A DNA stretch of 64,000 nucleotides from the human T2T-CHM13v2.0 reference genome, Homo sapiens. The stretch lies in assembly GCF_009914755.1 (NCBI RefSeq), contig NC_060931.1; one strand, 5' to 3'. Position numbers and translations under genes: made by a program. This document shows, piece by piece, positions 41,382-54,231 of the stretch (position 1 is the first letter of the stretch; the number at the start of each line of letters is the position of its first letter). Under the pieces are notes generated by a model. That model saw only the letters and a list, made by a program, of their open reading frames with translations. It made no database searches and was not told the DNA's origin.

Positions 41382-41477
41382 CAGCACCCTCTCTTTTCTT
41401 ATGTAGAAACGGGATCACCGTTCTCAGTCAGCACCCTCTCCTTTCTTACATAGAAACAGGACCACTGTTCTCAGTCA
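41382..41477 (+). repeat. Two-copy tandem duplication, period 47 bp
   Basis: cagcaccctctc(t/c)tttctta..tagaaac.gga.cac.gttctcagt occurs twice. Confidence 0.85.
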
Positions 41478-42010
41478 CTGCCATTTCCTTTGGTCCCTTG
41501 AGTTTGATGGAAGACATGTGGCTCCCTTGACAGGCCTCTCCCATTCTTCGTGGGACAGCCTGTGGGTCAGCGGCTGTGAAAGCCAAAGCAGATTGGGACA
41601 TGGTGGCACCCTTTCTGTCATCCCCCTGGTCCAGGCCGGTGTGCAGGGCTTGACAGAGCCACCCGGCAGGACCCTGGGGGAGAGCACAGTGGCTGTGGAA
41701 GCACTGTTAGGTATGCGGGAAGAGCGCACATGCAAGGTTCCAGCTGTGTTCATCCCTGAGAGCGGGTTTCACAGGCTCACTGCCTCACGGTGGCTGTCCC
41801 TCCCCAGGGCCGGAAGCAGGCCATCCAGGCAGGTGCGGGAGGGCCACACAGCCATTCTTCATGCTCTTCACCTCTGTGTAATGCACATGTGAATTCTAGT
41901 GACGTAGTTTCAACTACGTACATTTCAAGAAAATGTACTGTTGTGTGTTTCATTTGTGTGATTTCATACCAAAAACTGAACTACATTGTATGTAATTTGG
42001 AAGCCATGTT

Positions 42011-42016
42011 AATAAA
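42011..42016 (+). terminator. Second AATAAA, inside a duplicated copy of the RBM33 3' end
   Basis: 41900-42044 is a close copy of 40390-40527 and keeps AATAAA and the TGTA motifs. Confidence 0.5.
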
Positions 42017-42759
42017 ACCTTGCAGTTTCCACTCTGGTTCCGTAACGCAAACGGGGGGCCTTCCACAAGCAGGGTGGCCTGCAGTGGGCAGACGGTGGCT
42101 GCTTTCAAAGATACATTTTATCACCCTGTTTTCCCCGTTCTCGTAAGGATGAAAAGGAAAGTGCCTTAGTTTGGACCTAAGTAAGGAAGAAAGAAAGCAA
42201 GAGAAGAGGCAAATTTGGGAAATTGAAATGGAGGAGGAAGCAACAGGTAACAAAAGCGAAATGTGTTGGGTGAATTTCTCAAATCCGATTTAATTGAATT
42301 TTTAAGCCTAAGTCATAATCTGAAAATGCCATGTGATTAGAGCCCAAAGCAGTTTTCTTCCTCTTTAATCCATAGTTCAAGAATAAGTCATTCCTTGTTT
42401 TTAAAACCTGTACTTTGGGTAATGGGATCTCTACAGAACATGGGCAAAAAACGCCTTGACATTTCAGGGAGAAAATGGGGCTTTCTTTGAATTAAGGGTA
42501 CACTCAAGAGTGGTAGATCCTTTGAAGAAGGTATTGTTATTTCCCATAGTTGCCCCCTGAGCAGTGCCTGGCATGCTGGAGGTCTTGGTGTGTATTTATT
42601 TAGTGCAACCAATTACGTGAGGCAGTGTATTTGTGGCAGGCCCAGGGGTGTCCCCGTCCCAGACACAGGAGGTTTGGAAGTGGTTCAGGTGTGTGGCACT
42701 GATCATTCCTGTTGAAACATGGCCGCTGAGTCCTGAAATCTCACCCTTGGTTTCTGCCT

Positions 42760-43022
42760 GTGTCACCGGGAGTGCAGTGGTGCAATCACAGCTCAATGTA
42801 GCCCTGATTTCCTGCGCTCAGCTGATCCTCCCACCTCAGCTTCCCCAGTGGCTGGGACCACAGGTGTGCACCACCATGCTCAGCTAATTTTTAATATTTT
42901 TAGTAGAGACAGGGTTTCACCATGTTGTCCAGTTTGGTCTTGAACTCCTGGCCCCAAATGATCTGCCTGTCTTCGCCACCCAAAGTGCTTGGATTACAGG
43001 TGTGAGCCACCGTGTGCGGCCA
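42760..43022 (-). mobile_element. Diverged Alu (J-like), tail missing
   Basis: gagtgcagtggtgcaatcacagctc...ccaaagtgcttggattacaggtgtgagccaccgtg. Confidence 0.82.
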
Positions 43023-43724
43023 GGTCCTTTTCTTATTCGAACATGTATTTGCATGTTTTGAAAGAGTGACAGTCACGTCTGAAGGGAAAAGTAAGTGATA
43101 AAAGAGTTCTGTAGGAAACACACAGTACTGACAATTGGTGGCTCTAGGAACAGAAGCACAGAGCCATGTGTTGTACACCTTGAGGTGCAGCTCGTTGCTG
43201 TGTGCTTAAAAGAAATGAGAAGCACGGCAGTTTTGAAGCTTCACGCTCAAAAAGGAAGCTTTCTTGCTGACCTTTGGTGTTGCCTGCAGGCCGCAGCGAG
43301 AGGGCAGAGGTCCTTGCGGCTCTTCTCTAGGGTCCGACGTAGATCCAGACAGGAAAGTCAGTGGGGCATTCTGGACATGTCGTCGCACCAGGCTGCAGAG
43401 CTGGACACTGAGGAAACCCCTCCAGAAAGAAAGCCCTACCTCCCGACCCACTGCAGGTGACTAGAGGACTGGGCAGATGCCCTTCAGACCAGACGGAGAG
43501 GAGCACTTCTCTGATTCCAAGTAACAACAGCTGCTGTTGAGGAGGTGTAATGAAAACCGCACCTAAGCTCTTCACCCAGCTTCGAAAGCTAGCCTGGATG
43601 TTTTCAATCTCAGACGCTAGTCGTGTTTTTTCTCTAAAATTGACAATGGAGAGAATTTTTTCTCACCATCAAGGGAGAGCATCTGTGGATGGTGTCTGAA
43701 GAATGATACCATGTTTTGTTCTCC

Positions 43725-44008
43725 TTATTTTTTTGGAGACAGGGTCTTTCTTTCTCTGTCACCCAGGCTGGAATGCAGTGGTGCATTCCTGACTCACTGC
43801 AGACTTGACCTCCTGGGCTCAAGAGAACCTCCCCTCTCAGCCTCCCGAGTAGCTAGGATTACAGGCGTGCACCACCACACCTGGCTAATTTTTGTATTTT
43901 TTGTAGAGATGGGGTTTCACCACATTGCCCAGGCTGGTCTTGAACTCCTGAGCTCAAGCGATCCGCCTGCCTTGGCCTCCCAAAGGGCTGGGATGACAGG
44001 CGTGTGCC
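43725..44008 (-). mobile_element. AluJ
   Basis: gacctcctgggctcaag and gaactcctgagctcaagcgatcc are J-type features. Confidence 0.87.
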
Positions 44009-44364
44009 TTCCAGTGCTGCTCCTGGCTTCGGCTTCTTCCCTGGCCCTTACATTGCCAATGTGCACCTCAGTCACCAAAGGCAGGCTTCGCCTCAGCTTC
44101 CCAGGATGGCCGTGCCCCTGAGATGATGGCACCAGCCTTGCCAGGGAGCCTCTGATGACAGCCGTTCAGATGATGTCATGTGAAGCTTCCTGAAATTTTC
44201 TCTCCCATTAGTCTTTAATCAAGGGAAAACACTTATTTAACAAAATTAATAGATTAAAATCCCAGTCCTTAGAAAAAAAAATCAGTGAAATAGACAAACC
44301 GCTAGCTAATTAAGAAAAAAGAATGTACAAATAAAAAGAAACACAAGAATTGCTATTGATAAAA

Positions 44365-45250
44365 AGGACTTTTTTAAAATTGTAGAACGTAACATCAAAT
44401 TATGTAAAACATGTAGCATCAAAATTATACATCAATATATATGATTTTAACTGTCAGTGTCCAGTTCTGTTTTATTACATATGTTCACACTGCTGTACAG
44501 CTGTCCCAACCATCCATCTCCAGAACCTTTTCCTCTTACAGAACTGACACTCTGTCCCCATGAAACACAAACTCCCATCCCCTTCCTGAGCCCCCAGCAC
44601 CCCCCGCCCCCACTCCACTTTCTGCCTCTGAATTTGACGACAATAAGTGCCTCATGTGGTTGGGATCCTATGGTGCTTATCCTTTTGTGACTGGCCTGGT
44701 TCACTTGGCACGATGTCCTCAAGGTCCATCATGTGACAGCCTGTGTCAGGATTCCCTTCCTTTTCAAGGCTGAGTCATATTCCATTATAAACACACAGTG
44801 CATTTGTTACCCATTCATCCATCAGTGGACACGGGATGCTTGACGATGACGAATGCTGTTACGAACATGAGTGTGCACACGTCTTTTTAAGAGCCTGCTT
44901 CCAATTCTTCTGTGTCTGTATGGGGGCGTGGAAATGCTGGGTCGCATGGCAGTTCTATGTTTAATTTTTGAGAAACTGTCATCCTCTTTTCCACCGCAGC
45001 CACAACATTTGACATCCCCACCAACAGTGCTCAAGGGTTTCTTCCATTTCGCCACATCTTCACCAACATGTGCTATTTTATGTTTCTTTGTTTTTGTGTG
45101 TGTCATAGCCACCCTAATGAGTGTGAGGGGGTGTCTCATTGTGATTTGGAGTTACATTTCCCTAATGGTTAGTGAGGTTGAACATCTTCTCATATGCTTG
45201 TGGGTCATTTGTTTATCTTCTGTGGAGAAACACCTATTCAAGTTCGTTGC
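44365..45250 (-). mobile_element. L1MB-like 3' fragment inserted into an older + strand L1
   Basis: catccatctccagaaccttttc, cttttcaaggctgagtcatattccatt, catttccctaatggttagtgaggttgaacatctt. Minus ORF 45152..45334 resembles the L1 ORF2 C-terminus. Confidence 0.8.
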
Positions 45251-45259
45251 CCATAAAAG

Positions 45260-45690
45260 GGATTTTGTAAGCAATAAAAGACTACTTTGTAGATCTTTTT
45301 GCAGATAATTTAAAAACCTATGTGATATGGACAATTTCTTAGGATAAACAGTGTATCAGTATCAACTGCTGTGGAGATCTAAAGCTCATACCAGTCAATC
45401 TCTACAGAAAAAAATAAAATGATCAAAAAACTAGGCATGCAGAAAGGCCCACATGTTACAGAGGAATTCTACTAAATGTTTGGAGACCAGATATAACTTA
45501 TGCTGCATAAATTGTTCCAAAGCATTTAAAATGAGAAAATTTCCACATCCTTTTAATGAAGCAAATATATCGTTTATATCTATACCTGGAAGAGATAGCA
45601 CAGAAAAGATGACCAACCGATAATGTTTATGAATATTGATGCAAAAAAATCCTAAATAAAATACTGGTGAACCAAATACTACATTAAGAA
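45260..45690 (+). mobile_element. Old L1M ORF2 remnant (continues the fragment at ~44220-44360)
   Basis: gaggaattctactaaatgttt, atgaatattgatgcaaaaaaatcctaaataaaatactgg (L1 RT-region motif). Confidence 0.7.
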
Positions 45691-45696
45691 ACACAA

Positions 45697-46022
45697 GGCC
45701 GCGCGCGGTGGTTCACGTCTGTAATCCCAGCACTTTGAGAGGCTGAGGCAGGCGCATCACTTGAGGTCAGGAGTTTGAGACCAGCTTATCCAATGTGGAG
45801 AAACCCTGTCTCTGCTAAAAAAAAAAAAAAAAATAAGAAGAAAATTTTTTTAAAAATTAGCCGGGTGTGGTGGCAGGCACCTGTAATCCCAGCTACTGGG
45901 AAGGCTGAGGTGGGAGGATCGCTTGAGCTGGGGAGGCGGAGGTTGCAGTGAGCAGAGATCCTGTCACGTCACTCCAGCTTGGGCAACAGTGAGTCCCTGC
46001 CTCAAAAAAGGGAAAAAAAAAA
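45697..46022 (+). mobile_element. Alu (J/S-like) with an expanded middle A-rich linker
   Basis: Dimeric Alu sequence. Confidence 0.88.
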
Positions 46023-46129
46023 GTTTTATGAAGACACGAAAGCAATTCGCAGTGAATTCCTTGTCTTGAAGCCCCCATTTGTGGAGGGATATTACATTGC
46101 CTGAGGACCCCAGGCAGCCTCCCTGACGG

Positions 46130-46930
46130 CCACGCATTGGGGCTGCATCAGGCATTTCAGGACGTGGGCGATTGTCCAGTTAACGTTTTGTTTTGTTTTG
46201 TTTTTTGCGGAACGTATGTCGTCAGGCGGTCCTTCTGTCCCTGCCCCAAGGTAAGCCCCGAGGCGTCCCGGGCCTGCGCCCCCAGCGTCCCCGCACCAGC
46301 GCCGCGCGACCTGCCGCTGGCTGCGTCCGAGCAAGGGGTCCGGGCCCGCCTGGCTGCCCCGAGGGTCCCAGGAGGCAGCGCAGGGACAGCCCCCGCCTGA
46401 GCCCGCGGCTAAAGGAGGCCGGGCCGCCGCGCACCCCCGCACCCCTTCCCCGGACCGCGAGGCTCCGCGCGCGCATCTCTGCCGGGAGCTCCCGACCACG
46501 GCCCAGCGCAAGGGACCTCCGGGCCGCCCCTGTCTCGGGCCCTGCCGCGCCGCCCGCCCGCTGCAGGCCAGGACTGCGCTCTGTCTGCCCACGGCCCCCG
46601 CCTGGCACACACGCTGGGGACCTTTCCTCAGTGCTGCCTCGACATCCGAAGGGGCTGGGACGCCCGTCCCTGGTGGGAGCGAGCACCGGGGCGGGTGAGG
46701 GGTGCGCCGCGGGAGGCTCTCCTGCCCCGCGGAGGAGGGTCAGAGAGAAAGAGGGAGGGACTCTCCCTGTGTCCCTCCCTCTTTCTCTCTGACCCTCCTG
46801 TCTCTCTTCCCTCTTCTCCCCACTTCGCTCCCCCACAGCAGCCCCACCTATTCCCGGACACGCCCAGAAACCCACGGAGAGCTGTCCCCTGGGCCTGCCC
46901 TCTCCTCTCTGGCCCTTTGAGGATTACAAT
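46130..46930. promoter_or_regulatory. Intergenic CpG island
   Basis: Very high GC and CpG density (gcgccgcgcg, ccgcgcgcgc, GC boxes) in non-repeat sequence. CpG enrichment continues to ~48400. Confidence 0.8.
46733..46799. repeat. Perfect 29-bp inverted repeat with a 9-nt spacer
   Basis: aggagggtcagagagaaagagggagggac - tctccctgt - gtccctccctctttctctctgaccctcct. Confidence 0.95.
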
Positions 46931-47239
46931 TTGTTAAGAAAGAACGGATTAGCAACTAGTGTTTTTAAACAGTGAGTTTTCACACATTCCAGTTTCATGT
47001 GAAAAGTTTGCCTTATGCTCCTGATAGCCAGGATATTGAAGCCACCTGGGTCTCTGTTTCCCCCACCCTCGGGCCTGGACCGTCAATGCCGGCTCCGCTC
47101 ACACCATCTGTGTCCACGCAGAGGGTCGGGCCGTGGGAGCCGCGAGTGTCTGGCCCACACTTCTGTTCTTAACCTCGCAATGTATTCAGGTTTCCCCAGG
47201 CGGAGCGCTCAGCATATCGACAGCTAAAAATCCAACCAA

Positions 47240-48282
<1,043 letters not shown>

Positions 48283-48671
48283 TCATGCAGCCGCGCAGGC
48301 CTAAACGCAGCCTCTCCTGTTCCAACAGGCCTTTCTGGGGCCTGTCCTGCTTGCCTTGCGGCAGCCAAGGGATATAATGGGTGCCGGCCAGCCTCCCCTC
48401 CCATGACCCCGAGGAAGTCCCTCCAGCCCCTCCCTGAGTCTGCTCCTGGCAGAATCCCTCTGTAAGTGGATGCGGGGTCCAGAGATGCCACCGGCTGGGC
48501 CAGACCCCATGAGGAGAAGCTGTGCCGGAGCCTGCAGGACTGGGTCCAGGTCAGGGCTCTCACACCCGCTGGGCGGCCTTTGCTTCCCGGTGCTGGCTGT
48601 GCCCAGACGCCTGGGCTTGTGCGTGTTTAACCCGCCCAGAGACTGGTGCTGCCGCATTTGTTCATCGGTTT

Positions 48672-48988
<317 letters not shown>

Positions 48989-51043
48989 TCCCATCGGTTT
49001 CTTATTCACTCATTCATGAGCTTGATATTTACTGAATGCCACTGTGTGGCGTTTCTACGGTGATGGACACAGGGGGTCTTCTGCGGTGATGGACACAGTG
49101 CTGCGCGGCAGCGGACGGCACAGTCCAGCCTTGTCTGCGTGAAGCATGCAGTTCTGGTGGCAAAGAGCTGGCTCCATGGCAGGGCTAAAAAACGCCAAGG
49201 ACACCAGCACCTGGCCTTTGTGTGTCCCGAGCCGGCAGAGCTGCCCTGGCTTGCCCGGGACATCGCGGGTCCTGCAGCAGATCTGGGACCCGGGGCTCCA
49301 GCCCCATGGAGCCATCTTGGGAAAAAGTACACTTTTTCCATGGATGAGAATATTTGAGAAAGGCCTTTTGGGGCACCAGTGATGAGCTTGGCGTGAAGGC
49401 AAACCTCATGGCTTCATGGCCAGCCCACCTAGTCCTTTTTTCACCCCACAGTCCACAAGATCCTTCTCTGAATGGCTCTGATTACTTAAAAAGTGAACAT
49501 CGCCATCAAAGGTTGAAGACTTACTATCGTTTCAGATATTCCTCAAAAACAAAAACAAAAACAAAAACAAAAAAACAAAAAACCTACACCATTGGCTTTG
49601 GAAGCAATAGCAAAAGCAGAGGCCCCAAATCTCTCAAATGTGCACCCAGCCAGCTCCCTGGTGGCTGTTCCAGGATGTTCTCGTGACCAGGTAAAAACCA
49701 GCATGGATTTAGAGAGGAAAGGAGAAACAAAACAAATCATTTCTTAAACATTTTTAAATTAAAATATTTTATTTTTGCTTACAAAGAGCTAAGTTGTCAT
49801 TGAGACAAATTTGGAAAATATAGAGGAGGAAAGGGCGAAAACAAAGTCACTTGTAATTGCGTTGCCCAGAGAGTAGGTTCTTGCACACACACACACACGT
49901 GCACGTGCGCGCACACACACACACACACCCAAGTGGACCAGGGTGTACACTGCGTTATGGAACCAGCTCTTGTCACCACGTAATGTATGGTAAATATTTG
50001 CTGAGGAGGTTAAATATTCTTCCCCAGTGTCACCTCACATAACTGAGTAGCAATCCCTTAAGTGGATGTGCCTTAATTTCCTTAATCCATTCCCCAGTGA
50101 TGGTAATTTAGGCTGCTGCCCAATTTGTTCTACTATAAATACCACTGTTGAAAACATACTAGTGGCTATGTCATGTGCAAATCCATAATCATTTCCTTGG
50201 TATAAATTCTAATTAATTAAAATTACTGAGTCAGTGAATACACACAAATGCAAAGGCTTTGGTAACTTATGGCCAAATTTTTAAAAAGATACATTGACTT
50301 CTGCCCCCATGGGAACCCCAGGTTAGGAGAACGAGCATCTCCCGAGGCATGGCAACTCTAAATACGGTCCTGTCCTGAGAACTCCCTCCCCCTCTTCTTC
50401 CTCCCAGCATTCATCCCCCCGGAACTGCGGGGCTGGCCCTGAACTCTGTGTCTGTCACGTAGAATGTAAAGACCTGGAAAGAAGAGGTGGGCATTGTCCT
50501 TTGCGAGAAAGACTGAGCGCAAAGGTGGAAGCCGGAATGGGCCCCCAAAAGGGAGGGTGTTTGGGAAGAATGACAGCCTCTGGGCAGCGTCCCCCACTCT
50601 CGCTTCGTCGGGACGGTGCAAGGAACCATGCAGACCGTGAGCGCCAAAGAAGAACATTTCCTGGCTCCTTCCCCTTAGCTGCGCAGTGTGGAAAACCACT
50701 GACCTTCTCAAAGTTAGGTTTCCTTGTCTGTGATCTGAGCAGACCCGCCAGCACCATCCGGAGGTCAAAGGCGAAGGCGGGCTCAGAACCACTGTTACTT
50801 TCATCAGTGATAGGATGAGCGGAGAGGCAGAACAACTGGAAGGAAAGACAGAACCCACCCGCTTAGTGTTTCATGTCAAGAATCTGTCTTCCCCCACCCA
50901 CACACGAGATCCTGTGAAATTTCAGGGAAGAGAGTTGGAATTCTTTAAGATCTTCCTTAGCCCCTGGAATAGGGCCAGCTTGAATCAAAAGTTTCTTCAC
51001 AGATAGGCTCCACCATGACTGAGCCACGGAAGAAGATGGGCGG

Positions 51044-53662
51044 CTCTCTCTCCCTCTCTCCATAATCCCACCCTCTCTCCATAATCCCTCCCTCTCTCCG
51101 TAATCCCCCCTCTCCATAATCCCTCCCTCTCCATAATCCCTCCCTCTCTCCATAATCCCTCCCCCTCTCCGTAATCCCCCTCTCCATAATCCCTCCCTCT
51201 CTCCATAATCCCTCCCCCTCTCCGTAATCCCCCTCTCCATAATCCCTCCCTCTCTCCATAATCCCTCCCCCTCTCCGTAATCCCCCTCTCCATAATCCCT
51301 CCCTCTCTCCATAATCCCTCCCCCTCTCCGTAATCCCCCTCTCCATAATCCCTCCCTCTCTCCATAATCCCTCCCTCTCTCCGTAATCCCCCCTCTCCAT
51401 AATCCCTCCCTCTCCATAATCCCTCCCTCTCTCCATAATCCCTCCCCCTCTCCGTAATCCCTCCCTCTGTAATCCCTCCCTTTCCATAATCCCCCCCTCT
51501 CTGTCATCCTCCCTCTCTCCGTAATCCCCCCTCTCTCCGTAATCCCCCCTCTCTCCGTAATCCCTCCCTCTCTCCATAATCCCTCCCTCTCTCTGTAATC
51601 CTCCCTCTCCATAATCCCTCCCTCTCCATAATCCCTCCCTCTCTCCATAATCCCTCCCCCTCTCCGTAATCCCCCCTCTCCATAATCCCCCCTCTCTCCG
51701 TAATCCCCCTCTCCGTAATCCCTCCCTCTCTCCGTAATCCCTCCCTCTCTCCATAATCCCTCCCTCTCTCTGTAATCCCTCCCTCTCTCCATAATCCCTC
51801 CCTCTCTCCGTAATCCCTCCTTTTCCATAATCCCCCCTCTCTCTGTCATCCTCCCTCTCTCCGTAATCCCCCCTCTCTCCGTAATCCCCCCTCTCTCCGT
51901 AATCCCCCTCTCTGTAATCCCTCCCTCTCTCCATAATCCCTCCCTCTCTCCGTAATCCCTCCCTCTCCATAATCCCCTCTCTCCATAATCCCTCCCTCTC
52001 TCCGTAATCCCTCCCTCTCTCCGTAATCCCTCCCTCTCTCCGTAATCCCTCCCTCTCTCCATAATCCCTCCCTCTCTCCGTAATCCCTCCCTCTCTCCAT
52101 AATCCCTCCCTCTCTCCGTAATACCCCTCTCCGTAATCCCCCCTCCATAATCCCTCCCTCTCTCCGTAATCCCCCTCTCCGTAATCCCCCCTCTCCATAA
52201 TCCCTCCCTCTCTCCGTAATCCCTCCCTCTCTCCGTAATCCCTCCCTCTCTCCGTAATCACCCTCTCCATAATCCCCCGTCTCTGTAATCCTCCCTCTCT
52301 CCGTAATCCCCCTCTCTCCGTAATCCCTCCCTCTCTCCGTAATCCCTCCCTCTCCGTAATCCCTCCCTCTCTCCATAATCCCCCCTCTCTCCATAATCCC
52401 TCCCTCTCCGTAATCCCTCCCTCTCTCCATAATCCCCCCTCTCTCCATAATCCCTCCCTCTCCGTAATCCCTCCCTCTCTCCATAATCCCCCCTCTCTCC
52501 ATAATCCCTCCCTCTCCGTAATCCCTCCCTCTCTCCATAATCCCCCCCTCTCCATAATCCCTCCCTCTCTCCATAATCCCACCCTCTCTCCATAATCCCC
52601 CCTCTCTCCATAATCCCTCCCTCTCTCCATAATCCCGCCCTCTCTCCATAATCCCCCCTCTCTCCATAATCCCTCCCTCTCTCCGTAATCCCTCCCTCTC
52701 TCCGTAATCCCCCTCTCCATAATCCCTCCCTCTCTCCGTAATCCCTCCCTCTCTCCATAATCCCTCCCTCTCTCCGTAATCCCCCTCTCCATAATCCCCC
52801 CTCTCCATAATCCCCCCTCTCTCTGTAATCCTCCCTCTCTCCGTAATCCCTCCCTCTCCATAATCCCTCCCTCTCTCCGTAATCCCTCCCTCTCTCCATA
52901 ACCCCCCTCTCTCCATAATCCCTCCCTCTCTCCGTAATCCCTCCCTCTCTCCGTAATCCCCTCTCTCCATAATCCCTCCCTCTCCGTAATCCCTCCCTCT
53001 CTCCATAATCCCCCCTCTCTCCATAATCCCTCCCTCTCTCCATAATCCCACCCTCTCTCCATAATCCCCCCTCTCTCCATAATCCCTCCCTCTCTCCGTA
53101 ATCCCTCCCTCTCTCCATAATCCCCCTCTTCATAATCCCCCCTCTCCGTAATCCCTCCCTCTCCATAATCCCCCCTCTCCATAATCCCTCCCTCTCTCCG
53201 TAATCCCTCCCTCTCTCCGTAATCCCTCCCTCTCCATAATCCCCCCTCTCTCTGTAATCCCCCTCTCCGTAATCCCCCCTCTCGGTAATCCCTCCCTCTC
53301 TCTGTAATCCCTCCCTCTCTCTATAATCCCTCCCTCTCTCCGTAATCCCCCTCTCCATAATCCCCCCTCCGTAATGCCCCCTCTCTCCGTAATTCCCCCT
53401 CTCTCCGTAATCCCCCTCTCCGTAATCCCCCCTCTCGGTAATCCCTCCCTCTCTCTATAATCCCTCCCTCTCTCCGTAATTCCCCCTCTCTCCGTAATCC
53501 CCCTCTCCGTAATCCCCCCTCTCGGTAATCCCTCCCTCTCTCTGTAATCCCTCCCTCTCTCTATAATCCCTCCCTCTCTCTGTAATCCCCCTCTCCATAA
53601 TCCCTCCTCCGTAATGCCCCCTCTCTCCGTAATCCCTCCCTCTTTCCATAATCCTTCCCTCT
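51044..53662. repeat. 2.6 kb minisatellite/VNTR, unit ~17-21 nt, consensus TAATCCCTCCCTCTCTCCR
   Basis: Continuous variant units; extreme pyrimidine/purine strand asymmetry. Confidence 0.97.
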
Positions 53663-54231
53663 CTTCTTGGCCCTGCTCTCCGTCTCTCTGTGGCCCCACT
53701 CTCTCTCTCCCTCTCTCTCCCTGTGGCCTCTCTCTCTCTCTCTCCCCCCTCCCCCCGTGGCCCCACTCCCTCTCTCTTCTTGGCCTCTCTCTCTGTCTCC
53801 CTCTGTGGCCCCACTCTCATTCTCTCCATGATCCCCCTTCTCTTCATGGCCCGTGTCCTCCAACACCGTTCGTTCACCCAAGCTCCCCGGCTCTGCCTCT
53901 TGCCCTGGGGAAGGAGTGTCCACACCCAGCCCACAAGTTCCTGTGCCCTACTCGCCCCACGGGCCCTGTCCCAGGAGCCCTCCCATCTTCTCAGAGAGGG
54001 ATTTGGTGTTTAAGATGTGCATTAGATGTTCTCCTCCCCTAGGCTAGAAGATTTCTATTCCAAGCTATCGCTGTCCTGCTCAGTGCTTTGGATGCCCCTG
54101 AATTGAGGTGTGGTCGGGAACGCAATTCCAACTCCGGGTGAGGCTGGCCCTGAAAACAATACCCAGCACTTCTCCCCCCGTGCCTCATCCTCTGCCCCTC
54201 TGTGCCTCTCTCTCATGCACTCGTGCACAGG

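Noticed and set aside
41900-42044. Retrocopy of the RBM33 mRNA end
   Set aside because: No poly(A) tail or TSD, and homology continues past the expected cleavage site, so a DNA-level duplication fits better.
51044-53662. CRISPR-like array
   Set aside because: No unique spacers, no cas genes, and the context is mammalian. It is a simple VNTR.
50863-53934. Long minus-strand ORFs (up to 741 aa, ERGRDYG/REGGIM repeats)
   Set aside because: They result from a purine-rich repeat that lacks stop codons in all three frames. There is no promoter, splice or codon evidence.
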